DNA of 47,357 nucleotides from Pseudomonadota bacterium. Lineage in GTDB: Bacteria > Pseudomonadota > Alphaproteobacteria > Caulobacterales > Caulobacteraceae. The notes beneath the pieces are model-generated. The model did no database searches, had not been told where the DNA came from, and saw only the letters and a list, made by a program, of their open reading frames with translations. Below, one piece after another: positions 36,813 through 45,550 of the stretch (position 1 is its first letter; each line of letters begins with the position of its first letter). The stretch covers positions 1 to 47,357 of the forward strand of contig JAEXKM010000475.1 of NCBI GenBank assembly GCA_023445705.1. Reading direction: 5' to 3'. The position numbers and the translations under genes were made by a program.

Positions 36813-37844
36813 TCAGCGCGCGGGGCGCAGCTTGGCCAGTTCCCGCTCGAAGGCGGCGAGGAAGTCGGCGTTGGGGGCCTCAGCATCGAGCGCGAGCTCC
36901 AGGACCACCTTGCTCGCTCCCTTCGGCTTCAGACTGAAGAGCGGGACCGCCTTGTCGTTCTTCACCAGCTTAGGCGCAGCAGGCCGCGGCGCGGCCGGGC
37001 CCTGCCCAAGGGCTGCGGCCTTCAACGCCGCCACCACCTTGGCCGGCTCCAGCGAGGGCTGGCCCGCGGCGCGGCGCGCGGCCTGGACTTCGGCGAGCTT
37101 CTTGGCCTCGGCCATCATCCGGCTGCGGGCCGGATCGGCCGCCAGGTGCGGCTTGAGCTCGCGGGCGTGGTTTTCGCGCAAGGCCAGCACATCCCCGAAC
37201 GCCTCGACCACGCCGCGGGGCAGCTTGGCCAGATCCAGGAACCTGGAGAGCCAGGTCTCCTTGACCTCGAGCCGCTCGGCCATGCGCCGGGCCACGCCGC
37301 CGTAATAGGTCTCCACCGCCTCGCGGTAGTCGAGGGCGCGTTCATAGTCGCTGATGTCCAGGCGCGAGCGGTTTTCCACATCCGCGAGCCGGAACGCCGC
37401 CTCGTCGGTAAGCTCGCGCTCCTCGATCAGGAACTTGATGTCCCGGTGCTCGACCTGGCGCAGATAGCTGATCGACCAGTGCCGGCGGGCCCCGCAGATG
37501 ACCTCGTAGTCGTAGTTCGCGTCGCCCTCGATGCGGCGCACGATGGCCGGAAACTCCTGGGCGCCCTGCGCGCGCAGGCTTTCCAGCAGATCCCCGCAGA
37601 CCTCCGGCGAGAGCAGGTCATAGCGGCGATTGTGCCGAACCCACATCTTGCAGCGGGCCGGATCCACCAGCCGCAGGGTCTTTTCCTTGATGTCGCCGGA
37701 GGTGACCCTGGCCAGGGCCGACAGTCGCTCGGTGACGCGGCCGGGGATGACGGGCGCTGCCCCCTCCCCTGCCGATGACGGGGTTTCAGTGACCGGTGCG
37801 ACCAGACCAGCCAGGATTGAGCGGTTCTTGCCTGTCGTGGACAT
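36813..37844 (-). CDS. parB: Plasmid partition protein ParB/RepB
   Basis: Q.FPAIVR, YEVICGARRH, ENRSR.DIS.YE, HTH. Confidence 0.92.
   Translation of the reverse strand: MSTTGKNRSILAGLVAPVTETPSSAGEGAAPVIPGRVTERLSALARVTSGDIKEKTLRLVDPARCKMWVRHNRRYDLLSPEVCGDLLESLRAQGAQEFPAIVRRIEGDANYDYEVICGARRHWSISYLRQVEHRDIKFLIEERELTDEAAFRLADVENRSRLDISDYERALDYREAVETYYGGVARRMAERLEVKETWLSRFLDLAKLPRGVVEAFGDVLALRENHARELKPHLAADPARSRMMAEAKKLAEVQAARRAAGQPSLEPAKVVAALKAAALGQGPAAPRPAAPKLVKNDKAVPLFSLKPKGASKVVLELALDAEAPNADFLAAFERELAKLRPAR
37779..37795 (-). repeat. Inverted solo iteron inside the 5' end of parB
   Basis: CGGGGTTTCAGTGACCG is the reverse complement of iteron 3. Confidence 0.75.
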
Positions 37845-37855
37845 CGACTATCTCC

Positions 37856-39064
37856 CTAAGCAAGCCCGAGCCGGCGAAGCTCTGCCCGATGGCTCGGCCA
37901 GGCCTTGCGGATCAGCAGTTCGATCTCGCCGTTCACCCGATCAAGATTGTTGCGGCAGCGCTCGTGCGTGCGGTTCCCGCCGGGCGGGATCTCATAGACG
38001 GTGCGCAGCTGGACGTTGGCGTTGTCGATCTCGGCGGAGTCCAGCAGCGAGGCGTTGAGCATGTCGACGCCAAACACCGCCTCCATCATCTCGCGGATCT
38101 GCACATGGGCGCTCTTGCCTTCGTCGACCTTGGTGGCGACGACGCGGAGGAAATGGTAGCCGCGCTTGCCCAGGCCGTGCTCGTCGAGCACCTCGAGGGT
38201 GTCGACGATCATCCGCAGGAAGTGGGCGGTCGAGGCGAAATCGACCGTCGACGGCGGGGTCGGGATCAGCAGGGCGTTGGCGGCCCGTAGCACCGCCAGC
38301 GAGATCATGCCCAGAGCCGGCGGCGGGTCGAGTAGGACTACGTCATACCGCTCGGCCATACTTTCCACCCCGCGGCGAAGGCGCTCGAGCGCATCTGCGT
38401 TGCCCCGCATCCGAGCTGCGGCCTCGTACTCGGCCTGATAGAGCCCCAGATTGGACGGGATAAGGTCGATCCCCGGCCAGGCGGTCGGGCGGAGAGCGTA
38501 CTGCAGGTCAGGCGCCCCGCCATGCCGGAAGAACGGCAGCAGGGTTTCTTCGTCGTCGATGTCTATGTCGGGGTTGAACCCGCAGAGCGTGGTCGAGCTC
38601 GCCTGGCTGTCGCAGTCGACGATCGCCACCCGGTAGCCTTTCAGCGCCAAGTATTGGGCGATGTGGCAGGTGAGCGTGCTCTTGCCCACCCCGCCCTTGA
38701 AGTTCTGCACCGCCAGGATGATCGGCGGATCGCCCTCCCCGCGCCGGGGCCGGGTCCCAAAGACGTCGCGCATATGGTTCACTTCGGCCAGGCTGTAGCC
38801 CTCACGCCGGCCGTTGGCGCTCAGGCGCGGCGGCGGCAGGCGCCCCTCGGCCTCGGCCTGCCGGATGGCTTCGGAGCTGCGGCCGACCATTTCGGCGGTT
38901 TTGGTGATGGTGAAGCGGAAGTCGACGATCTTCTCATCGCCCGGCGCAAAGACGCTGGCCCGCAAGCGGGAGATCACATCCTCGGCCCGCTGGTTGAGCG
39001 CGGCCATGGCGTCAAGCAGCACCGGACCTGAAACCGGCTCTTTCACATCGGCGACAGGCGACAT
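37856..39064 (-). CDS. parA: Type Ia ParA ATPase with N-terminal HTH
   Basis: NFKGGVGKST, VDCDSQAS, LLDPPPALG; N-terminal winged HTH. Confidence 0.93.
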   Translation of the reverse strand: MSPVADVKEPVSGPVLLDAMAALNQRAEDVISRLRASVFAPGDEKIVDFRFTITKTAEMVGRSSEAIRQAEAEGRLPPPRLSANGRREGYSLAEVNHMRDVFGTRPRRGEGDPPIILAVQNFKGGVGKSTLTCHIAQYLALKGYRVAIVDCDSQASSTTLCGFNPDIDIDDEETLLPFFRHGGAPDLQYALRPTAWPGIDLIPSNLGLYQAEYEAAARMRGNADALERLRRGVESMAERYDVVLLDPPPALGMISLAVLRAANALLIPTPPSTVDFASTAHFLRMIVDTLEVLDEHGLGKRGYHFLRVVATKVDEGKSAHVQIREMMEAVFGVDMLNASLLDSAEIDNANVQLRTVYEIPPGGNRTHERCRNNLDRVNGEIELLIRKAWPSHRAELRRLGLA

Positions 39065-39302
39065 GGGCGGGCCTCCTTTGCAAATTCCAGCTTGGCTATC
39101 GTGATTTTGCCAAGTTGTCCTTCGCAATGGTAAACGCCGCCTTAATTTAGCGCGGGCGAGCGCGAACCCTCATGGTTCGCGTACCGCCCAAGCCAGCCTC
39201 TCCGCCGCCCCGTTAGGAAGATTCGATAATGGGCAGGTTAGAAGGCTTAAGCGCCGCCACGGCGCTGAAAAACCAAGCGCCACAACGCTTTCCAAACATG
39301 GG

Positions 39303-39387
39303 CGGTCACCGATACCCCGAGTGACGGTCACCGAACCCCCGAGGCCACGGTCACTGAAACCCCGGGCTCTCGGTCACTGATCCCCCG
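39303..39387 (+). repeat. Four 17-bp iterons (CGGTCACYGAWHCCCCG), candidate oriV
   Basis: Copies start at 39303, 39325, 39348 and 39371 (spacing 22, 23, 23 bp), between repA and parA, next to a more AT-rich tract. Confidence 0.85.
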
Positions 39388-40348
39388 AGGAAGCGCGCCG
39401 CCGCGCAAACATCGCGTCGACCTCCCCTGCCCTCTCGTCCTCCTGGGCCCGCCGGGCGTCTGATTCTGAAAGCGCCAGGATGCTTGCCTTGAGCTTTGCC
39501 TTCTCGGCGGCGTCGCGGCGCACGAAATGGATCGCAGCGGCGCCGTCGCGGGTCGTGGTCGGAGAGAGCGCGTAGTCGGGCAAGTCGTCGGCCGCGACGA
39601 TCTTCTTCATCAGGTAGGCGAACTGCTTGAGCGGGCTCTCGCTGCCGGTCTTCTCGTGCAAGACGCTCAGCCGGCAGACCCATCCGTCGGGCTGGTCGCC
39701 GGCGTGCTTGCGGGCGATCCGGTAGATGGCCCGCTCCAGCCCGCCTGATAGCGTGAAGTAATCAGGGTGTAGGGTGAGCAGCGAGCGCTCCTTGAGCACG
39801 CCTTCATAGACCCAGTTTGAAAGCGTCAGGCTCAGACCCTTGGACGCTCCCGTCACTGGATCGGTCTCCAGCACGAACTCGTCGAGCCAGCCGAACTGGG
39901 CGCGCTTGTTGCGCTTGGGCGCCCGGATCGAGGTTTCGATGACCGTCGACTGCAAGCGCTCGAGCGCCGCCTCCAGCTCCTTGTAACCCTTGCCGCCGGT
40001 GTCCCGGCGGATGGCCCGCAAGAGCTCGTAGGCGCTGATGTGGATGGTCCGCGGGAGATCGTTCGAACCAGCTTCGCGCATCTGATTGAGGCGTGAGGTC
40101 GCCCAGATCAGGATGTCGGCGTCCCAGATGGTGGCGATGCCAAAGCGCGGGTTGGCGCTGACATGCACCCAGACGTCACCGTCGGGACTGGTGTACTCGA
40201 TCGGCTTGAGCCGCTTGCGCTTGCTGAGCGCGAAGAAGGGCCGCTCCATCACCTCCCGCTGGTCCTTCAGCCGAAGGTCCCCCATGCGGGGCATGAAGAG
40301 ATCGAACTCCTGCTGGCGAATCGCGCGCTTGGACATGACGGGGTCCAT
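39374..40348 (-). CDS. repA: Replication initiator protein A (alphaproteobacterial RPA family)
   Basis: KDQREVMERPFFALSK, GIATIWDADILI, L.RLQST.I.T, YF.LSGGLER.IYRIARKHAG. Confidence 0.92.
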   Translation of the reverse strand: MDPVMSKRAIRQQEFDLFMPRMGDLRLKDQREVMERPFFALSKRKRLKPIEYTSPDGDVWVHVSANPRFGIATIWDADILIWATSRLNQMREAGSNDLPRTIHISAYELLRAIRRDTGGKGYKELEAALERLQSTVIETSIRAPKRNKRAQFGWLDEFVLETDPVTGASKGLSLTLSNWVYEGVLKERSLLTLHPDYFTLSGGLERAIYRIARKHAGDQPDGWVCRLSVLHEKTGSESPLKQFAYLMKKIVAADDLPDYALSPTTTRDGAAAIHFVRRDAAEKAKLKASILALSESDARRAQEDERAGEVDAMFARRRASSGDQ

Positions 40349-40383
40349 TGTGCCCAAAGCCTGGGAAGAAGGGCAGGGGAGGG

Positions 40384-40571
40384 CGAACTTGCCAATTGGC
40401 AAGTTCGGCAAACGGCTCACCCGCCGCGCCGAAATTCCTCGGCCGATCTCAAACTTGCCAATTGGCAAGTCGCCCCACCGGACGCCCACCTACGCATCCC
40501 CGGGCCGCACCAGCTGCTGCTTACCACTCCCAACGGCGACGGCTTTCCACCAACTTGCCAATTGGCAAGTT
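40384..40571. repeat. Three (A)ACTTGCCAATTGGCAAGT palindromes upstream of repA (candidate parS array)
   Basis: Copies at 40384-40407 (24-bp perfect), 40453-40470 and 40552-40571. Confidence 0.85.
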
Positions 40572-41593
40572 CACACCCGCCAAGCCCGAAAGCGCGACCG
40601 TCCGCTGATCTCGGCCACGACCGAGCCGAGCTCTTCGAGCGAGCGACGGGCGCTCTGCTGGGTAACGCCGAGCCGCGCTGCGATCATCGGCGCGGTGACC
40701 ACGGGCGAGGCCATGAGGAGCTCCATCACTTCGCCGGCCCGGGCGTGGGCGCGGCGACCTTCGACCTGCCGCGCCATCACCTGGCGTGCGAGCGCCAGCC
40801 GCTTGAGTTCAGCCTGGCCCTCGTCAGCGGCTTCCTTCATGACCAGGAGCCAGTAGGCGAGACGCCGCATCACCGAGCCGCCTCGCAACTCTCGGCCCCG
40901 TCGCTGGATGTTGCGAAGGCCCGCCTCAAGACCGAGGAGGTGGCTGACCACGCGCCGCTCCCGCTGCAGCCAAAGGCCCACCGCGATGGCGCCGAGGTAG
41001 CGCTGGCGGGGCAGGGGATCGATGATCCACCAAGCTTCCAGCAGCCCGGCTGCGCGCAGGAGGGCAGGAATGTCGGTATCCAGCGCCGACGCCACGTCCA
41101 GCCATTCGGCCATCCCTTCGCGCGCGCTGGCGGCCTCGCCGTCCTCGAGCCCTCGCAGCATCCGCTCAAGCCGCTCGATCATGCCGGGCCGGTCGGGGTC
41201 CTCACGCAGCAACGGGCGCGGCCTGGTCACTGATCCCCCGACAGCAGCCGGCGGCTTGGCCCGCTGGCCAGCCAGCCAGGTCAGGCCATCGAGATCGAGC
41301 AGGGAAGGCCCGCCGATCACCGCCTTGCGCCGCGCGGCGACCACGCCGTGGGCCGCACGAAGCCCTGCATTGGGTAAGTGCAGGTCCATGCCCTCGTCGT
41401 GCAGGACAAGGTCCTCCAGCCGCGTGACCTCGCCTTGCGTCCAGCTCCAGGCGATCGCCTCTGCAAAATCGCGGCGGGCGGCGAACCCCACCCTCCAGGG
41501 GCAGGCGGCGACCTGCTCATCGAGGCGGCTCACCGCCTCATCGGCCGCCGACAGACGTGAGAAAACCAGGTCCGCAGACGCTTCAAGCAGCAT
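40571..41593 (-). CDS. RHE_PE00001/DUF1612-like plasmid protein with C-terminal HTH
   Basis: RLDE, DFAEA, LEDLVLHD..MD, C-terminal EISGRSRFRAW. Confidence 0.75.
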   Translation of the reverse strand: MLLEASADLVFSRLSAADEAVSRLDEQVAACPWRVGFAARRDFAEAIAWSWTQGEVTRLEDLVLHDEGMDLHLPNAGLRAAHGVVAARRKAVIGGPSLLDLDGLTWLAGQRAKPPAAVGGSVTRPRPLLREDPDRPGMIERLERMLRGLEDGEAASAREGMAEWLDVASALDTDIPALLRAAGLLEAWWIIDPLPRQRYLGAIAVGLWLQRERRVVSHLLGLEAGLRNIQRRGRELRGGSVMRRLAYWLLVMKEAADEGQAELKRLALARQVMARQVEGRRAHARAGEVMELLMASPVVTAPMIAARLGVTQQSARRSLEELGSVVAEISGRSRFRAWRV

Positions 41594-41692
41594 GTGAAAA
41601 TCCCCGTTAAAACAGAGCCTTCACTCAGGCGACGAACACTTATTAACCCAAACTTTACCTTGCTTAACGCTTCCCGCAAGCCAGCGGACAAA

Positions 41693-41718
41693 GCCGCGGC
41701 GCCAACCGGCGCCGCGGC
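41693..41718 (-). terminator. Probable intrinsic terminator of ssb
   Basis: Perfect 11-bp stem GCCGCGGCGCC-aacc-GGCGCCGCGGC followed on the minus strand by TTTGT. Confidence 0.65.
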
Positions 41719-41725
41719 CCTGAAC

Positions 41726-42088
41726 CTAGGTTTCGTCCGGGGCTCCCTCGGGCCGGTCCAGCGCCTTCACCTCATGCTGGGGCGTGGCGACCATCACCTT
41801 GGAGAAGAAGCGCTCCTTGCCGGCCTCATCGACGTAGCGGTCGTGGCGGATCTCACCTTCCACATAGACCTTGGCGCCGGTCGGCAGGCCGCGGGCCTCG
41901 AGCCAGTTGATGGTTCCCTGGTTCCAGATCTCGACCTGGTGCCAGGTGGTGAAATCGCGCCGCTCACCGCCCTTCTTGCTGTAGCGGCTGGTCGCAACCC
42001 GCAGGGAGGCCACCTTCTTGCCCTCGCTGATGGTCCGGATCTCGGGCTCTGCGCCGGTGAAGCCGATCAGTTGAACCTTGTTGAGCAT
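41726..42088 (-). CDS. ssb: Single-stranded DNA-binding protein
   Basis: MLNKVQLIG..G.EPEIR, TTWH.V, G.KVYVEG.I; short C-terminal tail. Confidence 0.92.
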   Translation of the reverse strand: MLNKVQLIGFTGAEPEIRTISEGKKVASLRVATSRYSKKGGERRDFTTWHQVEIWNQGTINWLEARGLPTGAKVYVEGEIRHDRYVDEAGKERFFSKVMVATPQHEVKALDRPEGAPDET

Positions 42089-42508
42089 CGTCTTTCTCCG
42101 TCTCCCAGCGAGAAGGGCCTCGCTGGTCCGCGGCTCCGCCGCGATCACGCCGCCCAACGGGGTGGGTGAGGGGAGGGAAAAGAAGCCCGGCCACGCTGGA
42201 AACCGGCCTGCACGCGCGCAGCAAGGAAGGCCGGAGGGTCCGGCAAGACCGCCTCGAAGAGGTCGGCTTCGCACCCGAGCGCCCACCCCAGGGTTTGCGT
42301 ATCAGATCGCAGGCGCCGCTGACCGGCCGGGCCAACCACGGAGCCAGAAAGACCCATGCCAAGGGCCAACAGGCTCGCCGCCGGCGCGCCAAGCCCGCGA
42401 TCCAGCCACAGTCAGGCTGTCAGACACCCAAGGTCCAAGTTCAGACGACAAGATAAAATGGGGCAGGGGAGGGGAGAGCCTTCCGGCATGGGCGTCGCCC
42501 CAGGGGCC

Positions 42509-43435
42509 TCAGTCCTCCGCCAGCCCGGCCAGCCCGGCCAGCCCGGCCAGCCGCTCACGACACACCGCCTCGACCAGGTCCTGCAGAATCGCCACCCGCT
42601 CGGAGATCCAGGTCAGCTCGCGTTCGTTGATCTTGTAGTGCGGCGAATAGCGCGCCTCGACATAGGCGCGGCGCAGGAGCTCGAAGCACCGCCGATCGGA
42701 CCGCTTCTCACGGGGCCACGCCGCCATCAGCCGCGGGTCCAGCTGCTCGGCTTGGGAGCGCAGGAAGTTCAATCGATGGGTCTTGGGACTATAGAGCGTC
42801 GCCACCAACAGGGCGCAGACATAAAGACGCTCTGCAGCTTGGTGAAATAGAAAGGCCGCCTCCTTTGGCATGCCATCCCGGGTGGCGACCATTCCGAGAT
42901 GTACAAAACGACCGGCGCTGCCAAACCACTCCTCGAAGTACCCTTCCGCTTCGCGCAGCGCCTCCGCCGGCGCAAGCGCCTGCGGCTGATCGAACGGATG
43001 GCCCGAGGCCTCGTAGAGCGAGATCCCATCGCGCAGGACATCGACGAAGAAGTAGCGCCCTAGCCGCAGCTTCTCATTTACGTCGGCGAGGTCATGAACG
43101 ATGAAGCTCACCGGCGCGCTGAGCCGGTGCGAGACCAGGTAGTCCCTGGCCAGGCGTTCGTCAGCCCTGACCCAATACTCCTGCAGGTCTGTGAGCTTCG
43201 GATCGTTGACCACAACCAGCAGGTCGTAGTCCGAGAAGTAGCCGCCGACCGGATCGTCCACCCACTTGCCGGTCGCATATGAGCCGAAGAGCACGACCTT
43301 CAGGATCTCGGCCGACCGTTTGTGCTCGCTAGTCCCAAATGCGACCGAGGCCTCGAACTCCTTGAACAGCACCTTGAGCGCCCAGGCGATATCCTGGCGC
43401 TTGGCCTCCGGCAGGTGCTCCAGGCTTGTGCGCAT
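42509..43435 (-). CDS. Fused nucleotidyltransferase (MNT)-HEPN protein
   Basis: LFGSYATG...SDYDLL, then AAF.FHQAAER, KTH.L, LRRAYVEARY. Confidence 0.88.
   Translation of the reverse strand: MRTSLEHLPEAKRQDIAWALKVLFKEFEASVAFGTSEHKRSAEILKVVLFGSYATGKWVDDPVGGYFSDYDLLVVVNDPKLTDLQEYWVRADERLARDYLVSHRLSAPVSFIVHDLADVNEKLRLGRYFFVDVLRDGISLYEASGHPFDQPQALAPAEALREAEGYFEEWFGSAGRFVHLGMVATRDGMPKEAAFLFHQAAERLYVCALLVATLYSPKTHRLNFLRSQAEQLDPRLMAAWPREKRSDRRCFELLRRAYVEARYSPHYKINERELTWISERVAILQDLVEAVCRERLAGLAGLAGLAED
42519..42552. repeat. 9-bp tandem repeat (GCCAGCCCG, about 3.8 copies) encoding LAG repeats at the HEPN C-terminus
   Basis: Read directly from the sequence. Confidence 0.8.
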
Positions 43436-43499
43436 GTCCTTATGTTCAAGCTTGCAGCCCAGGTTGCAAGCCAGAGTTCTACGCAGATGCGCAAAGCGG

Positions 43500-43666
43500 A
43501 TGTCTGCAAGGGGCTCTAAGCGGTCCATCACGACGTCCGCTCCAGGCTAAGGTTGGCGGGCGCGGCAATGACTAGGTCGGGCTCGCAGCGGTCCACTGTG
43601 ATGCCCGCTCCGGGCCATCAAGCCCCGCGTCGCCGGCAATGACCAAGTTGGGCCCTGAATTGACCT
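43500..43666 (+). repeat. Degenerate direct repeats with about 70-bp period
   Basis: ATGNCNNNNNNGGGCTCNNAGCGGTCCA...AYGYCCGCTCCRGGC at 43500 and 43568; partial third copy at 43639. Confidence 0.6.
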
Positions 43667-43783
43667 CTCTACGTCCGGTTAAAAGCGGAAGCCCAAACCA
43701 GCCTGAAGGCAGTAGAGGGCTACGTCACAATCTGAACGCTGTCCCCCGCCGTGCGAAGCGCTTGAGTGATGCAAGCCCATCGA

Positions 43784-44329
43784 TCAGGAGAGCTGCTGAT
43801 TCCACGTGATGATCGGGATGTCCTGGCCCTTGTAGTCTGCGTCGTCGGTCACGAGCGTCAGGCCATTGCGGCGGCACAAGCTCGCGATCAGGATATCGTG
43901 GAACTCAAGTCCGCCGGCTTCCGCAGCGGCGTAGCAGGGCTCCATTTCCAAGGCGTCGAAGCCATCAGGCAATCTTGTGTGATCGCCGAGGATCGCATGA
44001 AGCAAATCACAAGCTTCTTTGATCCATGCTCCATAGTTTGCGGCGGCGTGGATCTTCCCACGGCCGTCGTGCCCGTCGGCCCTAGCCAGCATGACGACAG
44101 CGCGGTTGAGGAACTCTCCGGCGACGATCTGGGGGATAAAGATCTCCGCGCCGCTCTCCAGGGCGCGCTTATAGACGGCGCTGTATGCTGCAACTCTCTT
44201 CGGCTTGTCGGGGAACGGTCCTCCAATGCTAAGCCAGACGTTCGCATCGAACATCAGTCCCCGCGGAAGCACCTCATCAAGTTGACACTGGTCAGAGCCC
44301 TGAAGGTAGAAGCGCTCAGCCATCGCCAC
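43784..44329 (-). CDS. PIN-domain ribonuclease
   Basis: MFDANVW, AGEFLN, FHDILI, LVTDDADY give the D-E-D-D active-site pattern. Confidence 0.85.
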   Translation of the reverse strand: MAMAERFYLQGSDQCQLDEVLPRGLMFDANVWLSIGGPFPDKPKRVAAYSAVYKRALESGAEIFIPQIVAGEFLNRAVVMLARADGHDGRGKIHAAANYGAWIKEACDLLHAILGDHTRLPDGFDALEMEPCYAAAEAGGLEFHDILIASLCRRNGLTLVTDDADYKGQDIPIITWNQQLS

Positions 44330-44675
44330 GCGTGTCGGCTACAATTCCGCTTATCCGAACGGGGTCTGCAAAGAACCGTTTTGCATTGTCTACCACACGC
44401 TTAAGCAAACCAAGCTGTTCGGGGGTCGCTTGCACGGGCGGAGCCAACGCAGTGCGAACCTGCTCTTCAGAGTATTCGTTGTAGAGCTGACCGACGGCAG
44501 AATTTAGGAAGGCAGTGGTCAAGCGTGAAACGCCCTCGAACGAGAGGGAAACGCGCTCGCCGCGCCCGAGAGCAGCGATAATCGCGTCGTGCAGTCGCGA
44601 ACCATCTTCGATAGAAACGCAAATGCTGCTTCCGACGATTTCGGTTATTCGGATGCGAGAGAGAGTAGCGGCCAT
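44316..44675 (-). CDS. STAS-like protein (DUF4325-like)
   Basis: CVSIEDG..L, V.LSFEGV..LTTAFLNSAVGQLY. Confidence 0.85.
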   Translation of the reverse strand: MAATLSRIRITEIVGSSICVSIEDGSRLHDAIIAALGRGERVSLSFEGVSRLTTAFLNSAVGQLYNEYSEEQVRTALAPPVQATPEQLGLLKRVVDNAKRFFADPVRISGIVADTRGDG

Positions 44676-45550
44676 TAGAAAATGTCTCCCGGCTTGATTT
44701 CACTCGCCAGTAGATAGGACTGAGTGTCTCTAGTGTTGACGACGATTGTGACAGCGGTTCCCGGGAAGGAGTGCGAGAGCGGGCGCATATCGACACGCCC
44801 CTGGGCCTCCCGCCAGAACCCTTCGAAGGATGCGATCGTCAGTTCCCCACCATTAAGTTGAATAAATTCGCGCAGTACCTTGAGGCCGAGACCTCCTGGC
44901 ACATCGAGTTCGCGCGTCGTATTCGCGTCGGACATCGCCCAGTCAATTGCGGCATGGGCCGAGTTCGCGTAGCCGCGCTCCACGATCTTTCGAGGAATGC
45001 CGATGCCGTGATCGACCAAAGTCATTTCCACTCGCCCGCTTTGAGGAAACAACTGCCCGCAAGCCCACGCTCCGAGCGGACTCTGGGCGTGAATCTCGAA
45101 GTTGGTAAAGAGCTCATGGATGCCACTGAAAAATTGCTGCTCAAGCCCTTTGGACATGCGCGGCAGACCTTTGTTCTCAAGCCCCTTCCTCGCGTAGAGA
45201 TCGAACCTCGCGCTTTCGCCGGACGCAAACCTCATAAGCGGGATTGCGCTACTTCGCGGTCGCTGATGCTGCGCGCCGAATAGCCCGCTATCAATCAAAA
45301 CCGCCCTCACGGCCGGCTTTAAATTCACGAGGACCAATCCTCGCCCCACCGCAGAGAGCCGTGCGTGTACAGCTGCCAGCGCCGCGCTCAGGTTCCCGTT
45401 GCAGAAGTTCAGCTCGGAGCAATCTACGTGCACCTGAGCGCTCTTCGCCACGAGAGCGATCGAATAGAGCTCGGCGAAGCCAGCAAAGGTCCGGGCTTCA
45501 GTTCTTCCGAAGCGCAGATGGTATATGGGGGCGGTTGTGGCGTCGTTCAA
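44675..45550 (-). CDS. STAS plus GHKL/HATPase ATP-binding protein (anti-sigma-kinase-like)
   Basis: N-terminal VDCSELNF STAS-like segment; N-box ELFTN...HA, G1 DHGIGIP, G2 GGLGL, G3 PGT. Start codon uncertain. Confidence 0.82.
   Translation of the reverse strand: MNDATTAPIYHLRFGRTEARTFAGFAELYSIALVAKSAQVHVDCSELNFCNGNLSAALAAVHARLSAVGRGLVLVNLKPAVRAVLIDSGLFGAQHQRPRSSAIPLMRFASGESARFDLYARKGLENKGLPRMSKGLEQQFFSGIHELFTNFEIHAQSPLGAWACGQLFPQSGRVEMTLVDHGIGIPRKIVERGYANSAHAAIDWAMSDANTTRELDVPGGLGLKVLREFIQLNGGELTIASFEGFWREAQGRVDMRPLSHSFPGTAVTIVVNTRDTQSYLLASEIKPGDIF

Noticed and set aside
39303..39387. Regularly spaced repeats as a CRISPR array
   Set aside because: Spacers are only 5-6 bp, no cas genes are present, and the location beside repA fits iterons.
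40349..40489. N-terminal RepA extension with repeated LPIGKF
   Set aside because: The peptide repeat is just the translation of the DNA palindromes; recognisable RepA sequence starts near 40348/40336.
41643..41657. CtrA-like box TTAA-N7-TTTA upstream of the DUF1612-like gene
   Set aside because: Single imperfect match in an AT-rich promoter; not distinguishable from chance.
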